In this document: piece by piece, positions 31,108-43,690 of the stretch
Position numbering within the stretch: the stretch's first letter is position 1
How the letters are laid out: the number at the start of each line of letters is the position of its first letter
Assembly (NCBI GenBank): GCA_963735835.1
Contig: CAVTNA010000032.1
Span: forward strand, 2,248 to 66,247
Direction of reading: 5' to 3'
From: an uncultured Alphaproteobacteria bacterium
Lineage (GTDB): Bacteria > Pseudomonadota > Alphaproteobacteria > Rhizobiales > Xanthobacteraceae
Length of the DNA stretch: 64,000 nucleotides
The notes under the pieces: generated by a model
What the model was told of the DNA's origin: nothing
Seen by the model: the letters and a program-made list of their open reading frames with translations, nothing else
Databases searched by the model: none
Made by a program: the position numbers and the translations under genes

Positions 31108-32172
31108 ATGAAATATTCGCGCCTGGCGCTATCGGCTGTCGTCTTTGCAATGACTTCTTTTGCCGCCGTGGCGGCGGATTACCCCGCGCCGAAGCAAGGC
31201 GACTGGATCGCCAGGGACTTCAAATTCCACACCGGCGAAACCATGCCGGAGCTGCGGCTTCACTACACCACCGTCGGCGAGCCCGGCGGCCAGCCGGTGC
31301 TGGTGCTGCACGGCTCCGGCGGCTCGGCGGCGAGCATGCTGACGCCGGGCTTCGCCGGTGAATTGTTCGGTCCCGGCCAGCCGCTCGATGCCGCAAAATA
31401 CTACATCATCATTCCCGACGGCATCGGCCACGGCAAATCGTCGAAACCTTCGGACGGCATGAAGACGGCGTTTCCGAAATACGATTACGACGACATGGTC
31501 GATGCGCAGTACCGCCTGGTCAAGGAAGGCCTCGGCGTCAAGCACCTGCGGCTCGTGATCGGCAATTCGATGGGCGGCATGCACACCTGGATCTGGGGCG
31601 TGAAGTATCCCTCGTATATGGACGCGCTGGTGCCGATGGCCTCGCAGCCGACCGAGATGGCGGCGCGCAACTGGATGCTGCGGCGGATCATGCTCGAGAC
31701 CATCCGCAACGATCCCGATTACAACGGCGGCAACTACACCGCGCAGCCGCGGATGATGAAATACGCCATCAGCGCCTATGGCATTGCGAGCGCCGGCGGC
31801 ACGCTCGGCTATCAGACGCTGGCGCCGACGGCTGCGAAGGCCGACAAGATGGTGGACGACCGGCTGGCCACGCCGATCGCGGCCGACGCCAACGACTTCA
31901 TCTACCAATGGGACGCCTCGCACGACTACAACCCTTCCGCCGGGATGGAGCGAATCGAGGCGACGCTGCTTCTGATCAATTCCGCCGACGACGAACGCAA
32001 TCCGCCGGAAACCGGCGTCACCGACGCCGCGCTGAAGCGGGTCAAGAACGGCAAGCTCTATCTGATCCCCGCCAGCGCCGAGACGCGCGGCCATCTCACC
32101 ACCGGCAATGCAAAGTTCTACAAACAGCAATTGCAGGAATTGCTGCAGAGCGCGCCGCAGCGGACGATGTGA
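31108..32172 (+). CDS. Secreted alpha/beta hydrolase (homoserine acetyltransferase-like fold)
   Basis: Signal peptide; VLVLHG, GNSMGG nucleophile elbow, SADDE, RGH. Confidence 0.88.
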   Translation: MKYSRLALSAVVFAMTSFAAVAADYPAPKQGDWIARDFKFHTGETMPELRLHYTTVGEPGGQPVLVLHGSGGSAASMLTPGFAGELFGPGQPLDAAKYYIIIPDGIGHGKSSKPSDGMKTAFPKYDYDDMVDAQYRLVKEGLGVKHLRLVIGNSMGGMHTWIWGVKYPSYMDALVPMASQPTEMAARNWMLRRIMLETIRNDPDYNGGNYTAQPRMMKYAISAYGIASAGGTLGYQTLAPTAAKADKMVDDRLATPIAADANDFIYQWDASHDYNPSAGMERIEATLLLINSADDERNPPETGVTDAALKRVKNGKLYLIPASAETRGHLTTGNAKFYKQQLQELLQSAPQRTM

Positions 32173-32227
32173 GCGCGTGAGAAACCGAGCGTGATCGCCC
32201 GCCCAAAACTTCCAACGGAGAAAGCCC

Positions 32228-32833
32228 GTGACCGACCTTGCCGCCAGCGACCTTCCCGCGATCTACCCAAAGCCCACCCCGCGCGTGATCGCAAAGGCGC
32301 GTCCGGAGATCGACGCGCATGCGCGAAAATTCATCGCGATGTCGCCGTTCTGCGTGCTCGCCACCTCGGGCTCCGACGGCAGCGTCGACGCCTCGCCGCG
32401 CGGCGGCAATCCCGGCTTTGTCAGCGTCGCCGGGCCGAACCGGCTGTTGATGCCCGATCGCGCCGGCAACAACCGGATCGACAGTTTCAAGAATATCGTC
32501 GAGGGCAGCGGCCGCGTGCAGCTGATCTTCTTCGTGCCCGGGATCGACGAGACGCTGCGCGTCGGCGGCACCGGCAGGCTGTCGGCGGAGCCGGATCTGC
32601 TGGCCTCGATGGAGGAGTTCGGCAAGCTGCCGCGCGCGGTGCTGGGCATCGACGTGCAGGAGGCCTATTTCCATTGCGGCAAGGCGCTGATGCGCGCGCG
32701 TCTGTGGTCAAGCGAGGCGCAGGTCGAACGATCGGGTTTTCCCAGCATCAGCCAGGTGATCCACGACCAGACCAAACTGGGCGAGCCGGAAACCCAGGCC
32801 GAGGTCGAGGCGCGCAACAGGACGCAGCTGTAG
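32228..32833 (+). CDS. Pyridoxamine 5'-phosphate oxidase-like FMN-binding protein
   Basis: FIAMSPF, DASPRGG, PDRAGNNRIDS, YFHCGKALMRARLW. Confidence 0.88.
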   Translation: MTDLAASDLPAIYPKPTPRVIAKARPEIDAHARKFIAMSPFCVLATSGSDGSVDASPRGGNPGFVSVAGPNRLLMPDRAGNNRIDSFKNIVEGSGRVQLIFFVPGIDETLRVGGTGRLSAEPDLLASMEEFGKLPRAVLGIDVQEAYFHCGKALMRARLWSSEAQVERSGFPSISQVIHDQTKLGEPETQAEVEARNRTQL

Positions 32834-33007
32834 AAGCCTTTATGCTAGGTGGGTATCCGATTGTGCACTGCAAAATAGCGACCGCGCCGACCAGTTTTCG
32901 TCGCCAAATGTGGCAGCCCCGTTCATTGATCATTCAAGCGAAATGTGGAACTTTCGCTGCGACAGACCGCTTATTCGCTGTCCTTGCTCCATGAGAAAGG
33001 TGAAGCC

Positions 33008-33316
33008 ATGAGGAAAACATTGATGGCGCTGGCTGCCGTCGCAACCCTGGCTGTTTCGGCCGTCGCGGCGCCCGCCCACGCGCAACGGGGGTTTGGCGCG
33101 GGTCTGGCTGCCGGCGTGATCGGCGGCGCCATCGTCGGCGGCGCGCTGGCCGGCCCCGGCTATTATTACGGCCCCGGCTATTACGGACCCGGTTACGGCT
33201 ATTACGGCGGTCCGGCCTATGTCGCCGACGACTATTATGGCGGCTGCGTCTGGCAGCAGCAGCGTTTCTGGGACGGCTATGCCTGGCGGATTCGCCGCGT
33301 GCGGGTGTGCGGCTGA
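33008..33316 (+). CDS. Small secreted Gly/Tyr-rich protein
   Basis: Signal peptide, glycine zipper, C-x20-C terminus. Confidence 0.85.
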   Translation: MRKTLMALAAVATLAVSAVAAPAHAQRGFGAGLAAGVIGGAIVGGALAGPGYYYGPGYYGPGYGYYGGPAYVADDYYGGCVWQQQRFWDGYAWRIRRVRVCG

Positions 33317-33551
33317 TTTCCGTTCATCTACCTTAAAACAGCTCGGGCATCCCCGGAAACGGCGCGTTTTCGGGGATGTCTTGAAAGAATGGCGTGAAAA
33401 AACCTTTTTTCCAGCCCACCAGCGCGCCAGCGTTTACTTTCGATTGACGGTCGCGCGCTTTTTGGCGAAACGGTCGGTTTCGAATACGGCGTGAGAGTCA
33501 CCTTAAACCCGGCGCCGGCTGAAGGCGCCATCTCCAAGGAGAGTCCAAGAC

Positions 33552-33824
33552 ATGAAGAAGACATTAGCTGCCTTCGTCGCGGTCGCAACGATCGCCGGTT
33601 CGCTGGTCGCGACGCCCGCAAGCGCACAGCGCGGCGTCGCCGCAGGCGTGGCGGCCGGACTGATCGGCGGCGCGATCGTCGGTGGCGCCATCGCCTCCCA
33701 GCAGGGCCCGTATTATGCCGGTCCCGGTCCGGCGTATGTGGAAGGCGCGCCCTGCCGCTGGGTTCGCGAGCGCTTCTGGGATGGTTACGGCTGGCGCTTC
33801 CGCCGCGTGCAGTATTGCGACTGA
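33552..33824 (+). CDS. Small secreted protein, paralog of 33008-33316
   Basis: AAGGAG RBS; signal peptide, glycine zipper, CRWVRERFWDGYGWRFRRVQYC. Confidence 0.85.
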   Translation: MKKTLAAFVAVATIAGSLVATPASAQRGVAAGVAAGLIGGAIVGGAIASQQGPYYAGPGPAYVEGAPCRWVRERFWDGYGWRFRRVQYCD

Positions 33825-33861
33825 TCGCGAGCCGGCGCGCAATCTATCGCGCCTGGATTTC

Positions 33862-33896
33862 AAAACCCGGCCGATGCATCGGCCGGGTTTTTCTTT
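33862..33896. terminator. Bidirectional intrinsic terminator
   Basis: AAAACCCGGCCGATGCATCGGCCGGGTTTT between convergent genes. Confidence 0.8.
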
Positions 33897-33919
33897 CTCG
33901 TCAGGCCGGCGAGCGATTC

Positions 33920-35193
33920 TCAGCGCGCCGCGCTGATCGATCGCAGCACCGCTTCGCTGGGCCAGCAGTCCACCTTGAGCCCGGCCGATTTCTGATAGGC
34001 GCCGAGCGCGGCGCGCGTCTTCATCCCCGCCTTGCCGTCCACCTTGTCGGCATAGAGGCCGATCCGCGTGAGCTGGCGCTGCATCGCCTCGACATCGGCG
34101 GTACGCAGCTGGGTCGAAGCCGACCACGGGGTCGCGAATGGTTGCGGGCTCGACATGCGGTCGCTGAGGTGGCCGACGAACAGCACATAGAGATCCGAAA
34201 AATTATATTCCTTGATGACGAAGTAGTTCTTCGTGGTCAGAAACGCCGGCCCGTAGATGCCCTCGGGCTGCAGCAGCGAGGCCGGCTGCGCCTGCTCGTT
34301 TGCACTGAGCTTTTGTCCGCGCACCGGCACAAAACCTGCGCGCAACCATTCGCCGATCGGTTTTGTCAACTCGGGCACGCCTAACGTGCAATCGACATTG
34401 GCGGGCGCGCGCACTTCATAGGCCCAGCGCACGCCGGGCTGCCAGCCCTTGTTGACGAGCTGCTGCGCGGCGGAGGCCAGCGCATCCGGCACCGAATGCC
34501 AGATGTCGATACGCCCGTCACCGTCGAAATCGACGCCGTGCTTGTAAAATTCCGACGGCAGAAATTGGGTGAGACCGGTAGCGCCGGCCCAGGACGCGCG
34601 CATGTCCTTGCGTGTCACCACGCCGTCGCCGAGCATCTTCAGCGCCAGGATGAACTCGGTGCGATACTGATCCTTGCGCCGGCCGACATAGGCCTGCGTG
34701 GCCAGCACGCGCAAGCCATCGTAGGGCAGCGTATAGCGGCCGTAATCGGTTTCGCGGCCCCAGATCGCCAGCACGATTGACGCGGGAACACCGAAGCGCG
34801 CTTCGATCGCGCGTCAGAGCGGGGCGGTACTTCGCCATCAGCCGCTGCCCCTGTTCGGCCAGCCGCGCGATGCTGGCTTCCTTCAGATAATCGGCGGGCA
34901 CCTGCACGAACTCGGCCTGCGACGGCGCCCCGGTCGCGGGACGCCCGGGCAGGATCAGGTCGGGCAATTTGTAATCCGGCTCGAGACCGCGGGTCTCGGC
35001 GTCGAAGGTCGCGCGCGACACGCCTGCCGCCTGCGCCTCCGGCCACAACGAAGCGATGAACTGCGCGAAGCCGGCATCGGCGGCGAAGGCGATCTGCAAT
35101 CGCGACCGCGGCGAACATGGCGATCTGAAACGACGAGGCGATGAACGATGATCCAGGCCGCCTCAGTGTCGGCCGGATTCGAATCGCTGCCAC
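33920..35193 (-). CDS. Lytic murein transglycosylase, MltB-like (frameshifted; start approximate)
   Basis: LAIWGRETDYG, SWAGATGLTQFLPS, DFDGDG, C-terminal PG-binding VDGKAGMKTRAALGAYQ. Confidence 0.9.
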
Positions 35194-35519
35194 GCTGGCC
35201 TGGAGGCGGTCTGGAGACGCGATCCGTGCGCTTCGGAAAGCTCGAGCGATCCCTGGACAGCACCGGAACCACATCTACGTGCACATGGGCAACCGTTCAG
35301 ACAATCCAGCCTTACCGACGCGCTGCTTTGGCTTCAGCGCAGGCCGGCGGCGCAGGAGGGGAGCATACCGGATATGGCGGTGCTTCCGAACGATCTCGTC
35401 GAGCACGCTCACGCCAAATCGAGGGGCTTTGGCTGATGCGAGCCGAACGCAATTCCTTCATGACGCGCTGCCCCGGGCGCGGAATTTTCTCGACAGGTTT
35501 GGCGACATCGAACGCGAGA

Positions 35520-37172
<1,653 letters not shown>

Positions 37173-37421
37173 CGAGATCCCTGAAATCGAGAGGATTTAT
37201 GGAAATTTGCTGCCGCTGATGTAGCGGCGCGGCCCCCAAAGGGCAACCGGCGTCGAATGTTTTCCATCCGTTCACCACGGATCGTTACGGGATCGATACC
37301 ATGCTCGGGCCGGATCAGAACAATTGAAACCTTCTTTTAATAAATCAGGCCAAAACTCGTCCTCAGCGCCGAAAAGCGCTCTGCGCGGCCCAAGCCGCGG
37401 GCGAAAACAACGGGCCGCGTC

Positions 37422-37697
37422 ATGGCAACCATTGCGTCAGAATCCCTTTCCTCCCCGGCGAACGGCCGCAATCACCGATCCGGCGTGCTCGACGAGATCA
37501 GGGGCTTCTGGCGCCAGTTCTTCACCAGGGCATTCGACCCGTACCGGCCGGAACTGCATTATATGAGGGGTCCGGGACCGGCCTGCCGGGCCAAGCAGGG
37601 CGCGGTGTCACCTGCGGTCCAGTCGATGGTCGCCGAAATCCGGGCCGCCAAGGCACTCAGACTCACCTTCACATTCATAACGGCCGGCGCTTTTTAG
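37422..37697 (+). CDS. Small hypothetical protein
   Basis: FDPYRPELHYMRGPGPA motif, which I recall from small rhizobial proteins. Confidence 0.65.
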   Translation: MATIASESLSSPANGRNHRSGVLDEIRGFWRQFFTRAFDPYRPELHYMRGPGPACRAKQGAVSPAVQSMVAEIRAAKALRLTFTFITAGAF

Positions 37698-37796
37698 GCC
37701 GCGGGGCGCTTGCGCGCTCGCCGATTGCGCGCGACCATGAAGCCTCCCGGACGGCGCAGTTCCGCTCCGTCACCATCGCCATGAACGGACCTTCCC

Positions 37797-38756
37797 ATGA
37801 CGCGGCTGCGCTGTGCAATTCTCGATGACTACATGAATCTGACGTTGCGGATGGCGGACTGGTCGAAGATCGGCGATCGGGTCGATTTGACCGTGTTCAA
37901 CCAGCCCTTCGCCTCCCCGGAAGCCGCGGCCGCCGCGCTTGGGGATTTCGAGATCATCTGCGCGATGCGCGAGCGCACGCCGTTTCCGCGCGCCATGTTT
38001 GCGGCATTGCCCAAACTGAAGCTGCTGATCACCTCGGGCCTGCGCAACGCCGCGATCGATATGGAGGCCGCCAAGGACCACAAGGTGGTGCTGTGCGGGA
38101 CGCAATGGGGCCGCGACCCCACCGCGCCCCTGACCATGGGCCTGATCCTGGAACTGACCCGCAACATCGGCCGCGAGAGCGCCCGCATGCATGCCGGCGA
38201 GCCCTTGCAGAAATTCATCGGCATGGAGATCGAGGGCAAGACGCTGGGGGTGATCGGGCTCGGCAAGTTAGGGGCCAAGGTTTCGGGACTGGCGAAGGCG
38301 TTCGGCATGAACGTGATCGCGTGGAGCCCGAACCTGACGGCCGAGCGATGCAAGGAAGTCGGCGTCGACTACGCCACCAAGGAGGAATTATTCGCGACCG
38401 CCGACATCGTCACCGTTCACGTGGTGCTGAGCCAGCGCTCGCGCGGGCTGGTGGGAGCCGCGGATCTGGCGCGCATGAAGCCGACCGCCTATCTCGTCAA
38501 CACCGCGCGCGGGCCGATCGTCGACGAAGCCGCGCTATTGGAAACCCTGAAAGCGCGCAAGATCGCCGGCGCCGCGGTCGACGTGTTCTCGGTCGAGCCG
38601 CTGCCGGTCGATCATCCCTTCCGCAAGCTGGACAACCTCGTGCTGACGCCGCATCTCGGCTACACCACCGAGGAGACCTTCCGCGCCCATTACAGCCAGA
38701 TGGTCGAGTGCATCGACGCCTGGTTCAAGGGCGAGACGCTGCGAAGGCTGGCTTAA
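37797..38756 (+). CDS. D-2-hydroxyacid dehydrogenase family protein
   Basis: GVIGLGKLG, VNTARGPIVDE, DVFSVEP, TPHLGY. Confidence 0.93.
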   Translation: MTRLRCAILDDYMNLTLRMADWSKIGDRVDLTVFNQPFASPEAAAAALGDFEIICAMRERTPFPRAMFAALPKLKLLITSGLRNAAIDMEAAKDHKVVLCGTQWGRDPTAPLTMGLILELTRNIGRESARMHAGEPLQKFIGMEIEGKTLGVIGLGKLGAKVSGLAKAFGMNVIAWSPNLTAERCKEVGVDYATKEELFATADIVTVHVVLSQRSRGLVGAADLARMKPTAYLVNTARGPIVDEAALLETLKARKIAGAAVDVFSVEPLPVDHPFRKLDNLVLTPHLGYTTEETFRAHYSQMVECIDAWFKGETLRRLA

Positions 38757-38836
38757 GACGGATTCAACGGCCCTTAAATTCGCTTGCGGCAAGGCTCCCG
38801 GCGACGCGCAGCCAGATTGGCGCGCTGCCCGAGCGA

Positions 38837-39472
38837 TCAAGCGGTTACTGGCGTGAACTTCGTTACGTCGAGCGACAGCGTCTGGCCTTGGGCCGGGAAT
38901 ATCAACTTCCCGTTCAATCCATCGGTGTTTGAGAACGTCAGTTTGCCAAAAAGGACGGAATTGTTGACGACGTCGCCGACACCCTGCCCGCTCTGCCCAT
39001 TGATGTTATATCTGACCTGCGCATCCCGCCCGCTGATCGAGAGAACCTGAAAGGATGCGCTCTGCGTGTCCGTACTGCCGATCCAATTGCCCACCAGCGG
39101 GTTCTGGTCCGTGGCCGGCGCGGCCACCTTGTCGATAACAGCTGCCTGTCTCACCGTCCCGAATGAAAACTCCAGCGCGCCCTTCTGTCCATCGCGGGTC
39201 GCGATCGTGACGTTGCCGTAGGTGATGGTGTTCTTATCGACGTTGGCTGTACCTACCTCCTTATGCCCGTTATGCGAATATTCGATCTGCGCCGTATCCC
39301 CAGTGATGCTTACGACCTTGAAATCGATGGCTTGATTATTGTTGGAGAATGAGCCTTTCCAGTCACCCAGCAGATTACTCTGGTGATAGAGCTTCTCATT
39401 GACGGGCGAAATTCGACTAGCGATCGTGCTCACCACCAGCTCCCTCCGGCCCCGAGAAACAATGGCAGCCAT
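38837..39472 (-). CDS. Hypothetical protein with two tandem beta-rich domains (true start may be GTG near 39433)
   Basis: LLGDWKGS...FKVVSITGDTAQIEYSHNG versus LVGNWIGS...FQVLSISGRDAQVRYNING; lower GC. Confidence 0.75.
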   Translation of the reverse strand: MAAIVSRGRRELVVSTIASRISPVNEKLYHQSNLLGDWKGSFSNNNQAIDFKVVSITGDTAQIEYSHNGHKEVGTANVDKNTITYGNVTIATRDGQKGALEFSFGTVRQAAVIDKVAAPATDQNPLVGNWIGSTDTQSASFQVLSISGRDAQVRYNINGQSGQGVGDVVNNSVLFGKLTFSNTDGLNGKLIFPAQGQTLSLDVTKFTPVTA

Positions 39473-39620
39473 GGTTTCCGCGATCAGCGGAAGGACCAGA
39501 CAATCTGACTTCTATGAACGAATGGTTAACCGCGTCTTATCGACCGAGATCAAGGCGATTGCACGCGCAACAAAAAGGCGCGCAACTGCGCGCCCTTCAG
39601 GACGGAACCGATCGTAGCGG

Positions 39621-40909
39621 CTAGCGCACCGTCACCGGCGCCGGCAGCGGCGGCACCACGGTCGGCTGCGTGCCGGGGGTAACGCCCCCCGACATCTGCG
39701 CGGGCGCCGGCGCTGCGCCGGCAGGTCCGGGCAACGGCGCTGCCGAGGCGGTAGTGGTCGACCCCGGCGGCGGACCGCCGGGCAGCACGACCACGCGGGT
39801 GCCGACCTTGACGCGATCGAACAGGTCCGAGACGTCCTCGTTCAGCATGCCGATGCAGCCCGACGAGACGAACTTGCCGATCGTCGAGGGCTGGTTGGTG
39901 CCGTGGATGCGATAGACCGTATTGCCGAGATACATCGCGCGCGCGCCCAGGGGATTGCCGGGGCCGCCGGCCATGAAGCGCGGCAGATAGGGCTGACGCT
40001 CGATCATCTCGGTCGGCGGATGCCAATCCGGCCACTCGGCCTTGCGGGAGATTTTCTGCACGCCGGTCCAGGTGAAACCGTCGCGGCCGACGCGCACGCC
40101 GTAGCGGATGGCGCGGCCGCCACCCAGCACGTAATAGAGATAGGTGTTCGGAGTATCGACGATCAGCGTTCCCGCCGGCTCCTTGGTGGCGAAAGCGACT
40201 TCCTGCCGGCGCAGGTTCGGCGAAAGTTGCGCAGGACCGGCCTCGGGCTGTTCATCCGGCGGCAGCGCGGAAAGCACCATCGGCTTGCCGTCGGCCCCGA
40301 TGCGGAGGCTGCACCGATCCCGTGACATTGCCGGGAGCTCCGATCGCCTCGGGCGGACGAAGCGCGCGGTTGTCGTCGCCGTTGCCGCGATCCGAATAGG
40401 TCTGCTGCGGCGGCCCGGCGGGTCGGTCCGAATAGATCACCGGCGGCGGTCCATCGGGACGGCCATAGCGCGGATCGTCCGGCGAAAGGATCGGACCGGT
40501 CGGCGCGCACGGTCGGAATAGACCGGCGGGGCGCCAGCGGGGCGGCCATAGCGCGGATCGTCCGGCGAAAGGATCGGACCGGTCGGCATCGCGCGGTCGG
40601 AATAGACCGGCGCGAGCGCCATCGGGCCGGCCATAGCGCGGATCGTCGGGCGAAAGCACCGGGCCGGGCGGCGGCAGCGCGGTCGAACTCCGCGCGTTCG
40701 GCGCCTCGTCATCTTCCAGCGCATCGAAATCCGGCGCACCCGGGCGCACGGCGATAATCGGCCGGATAGCCGCCGGGCGGATAGGGCTGCGGCGCCGTCG
40801 AATAGATCGCACCGGGGGGAACCGGATAGCCCTGCGCCAGCGCGAACGAGGTTCCCGCCGCGCCCGCCGCCACGGCAGCACAAATCGTCAGAATGCGTTT
40901 GCTCATCAT
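39621..40909 (-). CDS. L,D-transpeptidase with proline-rich repeat N-terminus (frameshifted)
   Basis: Signal peptide; YRIHGTN...VSSGCIGM catalytic motif. Confidence 0.9.
40420..40670 (-). repeat. Three ~84-bp intragenic tandem repeats
   Basis: Unit encodes GP(I/V)LSPDDPRYGRP.G..PV.YSDR. Confidence 0.85.
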
Positions 40910-41273
40910 CGCTCTTGTATAGTCCCCAAGCCGACACCGGACCGTTAACGGCAGATGGCGGAAGATAGCGGCGCATTCAAGACAAATCCGGCGAAGTTCG
41001 GCCCAATTTCGGCATTTTGTGATGGTCCCGGGAACACCGTTGCAGCCAAGCCTCACCGGCCGGGGAAACGTATTCCGGCATCGCGGGCAGGCGTCCACGC
41101 CACGGATTTTTAGCAAGCGCCGCGTAAGCCGTTGCGGTATTCTCGAACCAGCCTGATTCGCTGCGCGCTGGCGGTGTCCGATGCGTCGCGAACGCGGCCA
41201 ATTCAGTGGTCACCGCGTTCCCCGATGTCTCAAGGGCCTTCGCAGCATCGCGCGAAGGCGGAATCCGCCCTCC

Positions 41274-42130
41274 ATGCTCCCCGGCTTCCGTTTTCTGTTC
41301 GCCGCGATCGTGTTGTCGATGTCGATACTGGTCTTCGGACTTGGCGCGGCGGCGTTGCTGCGCGCGGCCCACGAGGAATTCGCCAGCAACCCGTCGTGGC
41401 ACGCCGCGCCCGAGGCGATGTTTGCGCAGCAAGCCGAAACCACAAGGCCGGTGCTGGCGATGCTGCGGGTCGAACCGGCAGCCGCAGAGGCAAAGCCATC
41501 GGAAAATCCCGCGCGATTGCCGGCCGCGGAGCAACCATCAGCAGCACCGGCCACGCTGGCGCCGGCCGAGCAAGCGGCGCTCCGTCCGCCGACCGAGCCC
41601 GAGAGCATCGCCGCGCTGAAGCCGGAGGAAGCTCGCCGCCGGAGGCCGCAAGGCCCGAAATCCCGCGTCCTGGAAAGCCCGGCACAGAGCGAGAGGCGCC
41701 CGGCGCCAGCCGACGCGCCCGCGGCCGCCGACGCAGATAAGCAATCCAACGCCGACTGCCGCTGAGCGAAACCAAAGCGCCGCTTCAAGCCGAGCCGGCT
41801 CGTTGCCGGCGAACCGAAGCCGCGCCCGGCCGTCATCCGAGCAAGCGAGCGATCAGGCTTCGCCGGACACCGATCCCACCTCGACAAAAATCGCCACGCT
41901 CGGCGGCCCGCCAGTCGCCATCGAGACGCCGCCGGCAAAGGCCGACAGCGCAAAGCCCGACCAGAGCGCCACCAAGAAGCGCCAGCAGGCGCGGCGCGCG
42001 GCCCATCGGCGCAGGCTTGCAGCGCGCGGCGCGGCAGGCGCGACTGGCGCGACAGGTGCCGCAGCAGCCGGCCAACCCGTTTGCTCAGCCGTTCACGCCA
42101 CGCCGCCGGCGCGCGCGCTATCGCCCAAGG
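41274..42130 (+). CDS. Hypothetical Ala/Pro-rich membrane-anchored protein (frameshifted; end approximate)
   Basis: MLPGFRFLFAAIVLSMSILVFGLGAAALLRAAHEEFAS...KIATLGGPPV...QQPANPF. Confidence 0.7.
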
Positions 42131-42143
42131 TCACTTTTGCATG

Positions 42144-43005
42144 TCAGGCCGGACCGGTCGCGACCGGCGGTCCATCGGGCAGGCCCCATTCGGACCACGA
42201 GCCGTCATACAGCGCGATGCCGCGCACGCCGAGCCGATAGAGCGCCAGCGTCAGCACCAGCGCCGAGACGCCGGAGCCGCAGGTCGTCACGATCGGCTTT
42301 GTCATGTCGACGCCGGCGGCCGCGAACGCCTTGCGCAGCTCGTCGAGCGGCTTCATCGCGCCGGTGCCGGCGTCGAACAGTTCGGCATAGGGCACGTTGC
42401 GGCTGCCGGGGATGTGACCGGAGCGGCGGCCCGGCCGCGGCTCGGCGACCGTGCCCTCGAACCGCGGACGCGGGCGCGCGTCGACCACTTGCTCGGCGTG
42501 CGTTTTCCAGATTGCCGACCAATTGCTGCTTGCTGCGCACGAAGCTCGAATCGAGCACGGCCTGGAATTTTCCCGGTTTCGGCGTGACCTTGCCGGAATG
42601 GGTCGGGCGTCCCTCGCGCAGCCATTTCTTCAAGCCGCCGTCCAGCACCTTCACGTCGCGATGGCCGAACGACAGGAACATCCACCACGCCCGCGGCGCC
42701 GCGACCCAGCCGCCTGAATCGTAGGCGACCACGGTATCGCCGGAGGAAATGCCGAGCGCCGCGACGTCGCGCGCGAACTGCTCGGCGCTCGGATACATAT
42801 GCGGCCGCGGATCGTCGTGATCGGCGATGGCATTGACATCGAAGAACACCGCGCCCGGAATATGCGCGGCAAGATAATCGTCCGACGGCAGCGGCAGCAC
42901 GCCGGGCATCTTGTAGGACGCGTCGATGATCTTGACTTTGGGATCGTCGATATGGGCGGCAAGCCAATCGGTGGAGACCAGCGGATCGTCGGTGGCTGAT
43001 GTCAT
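42144..43005 (-). CDS. sseA: 3-mercaptopyruvate sulfurtransferase (frameshifted)
   Basis: LVSTDWL, HIPGAVFFD, VLDGGLKKW, GHIPGS, active loop CGSGVSA, LYDGSWSEW. Confidence 0.93.
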
Positions 43006-43021
43006 GGAAGGATCCCTCATT

Positions 43022-43116
43022 GTCATTCCGGGATGCGCCGAAGGCGCAGACCCGGAATCCGGATGTTAATTAGCTCTAGATTCCGGGTTCGCGCCTTCGG
43101 CGCGCCCCGGAATGAC
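43022..43116. repeat. REP/RIME-like palindromic element
   Basis: GTCATTCCGGG...CCCGGAATGAC. Confidence 0.8.
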
Positions 43117-43126
43117 GAGGAATACT

Positions 43127-43544
43127 TCAACCCTTCGGCTTCTTCGGCTCGACCTTCTCGACCGGGCCGCCGGCGTCGCGCCAGGCGCGCAAAGCCGCCG
43201 CCCATATGCGCGACCGGCTTCAGCCCCATGTCCTGCGCGGTTTTCGCCGCCAGCGCCGAGCGCATGCCGCCGGCGCAATGAAAGATGAACTTCTTGTCCT
43301 GCTGGAAGATCGGCTTGGCATAGGGGCTCGCCGGATCGATCCAGAATTCCAGCATGCCGCGGGTGCAGGAGAACGCGCCGGGAATTCGGCCATCGCGCTC
43401 GATCTCGCGGGGATCGCGGATATCGACGATCACGACGTCGTCGCTTTGCGCGATCTTGATGGCGTCCGCCGCGCTGACGGTTTCGATCTCGGCATTGGCC
43501 TCGTCGATCAGCGCCTTGATACCGCGGTGAATGGTCTGGGGCAT
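43127..43544 (-). CDS. Single-domain rhodanese-like protein (frameshift near 3' end)
   Basis: VDIRDPRE, GRIPGA, RGMLEFWID, FHCAGGMRS. Confidence 0.9.
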
Positions 43545-43562
43545 TTTATCATACCTCTCTTA

Positions 43563-43679
43563 CGTCATTCCGGGGCGATGCGAAGCATCGAACTACGATG
43601 CGCATTGCACATCGGAGAATCTCGATCGAATTGCTATCTCGAGATTCCGGATCGGTCCTTCGGACCGTCCGGAATGACG
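43563..43679. repeat. REP/RIME-like palindromic element
   Basis: CGTCATTCCGG...CCGGAATGACG. Confidence 0.8.
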
Positions 43680-43690
43680 ACAGGACTTGT

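Noticed and set aside
32926-32937. FNR-like TTGATCATTCAA
   Set aside because: Half-site spacing is two bases too short.
40420-40670. CRISPR-like spacing of ~35-bp repeats
   Set aside because: The apparent spacers are also homologous, units are in-frame coding repeats, and no cas genes are present.
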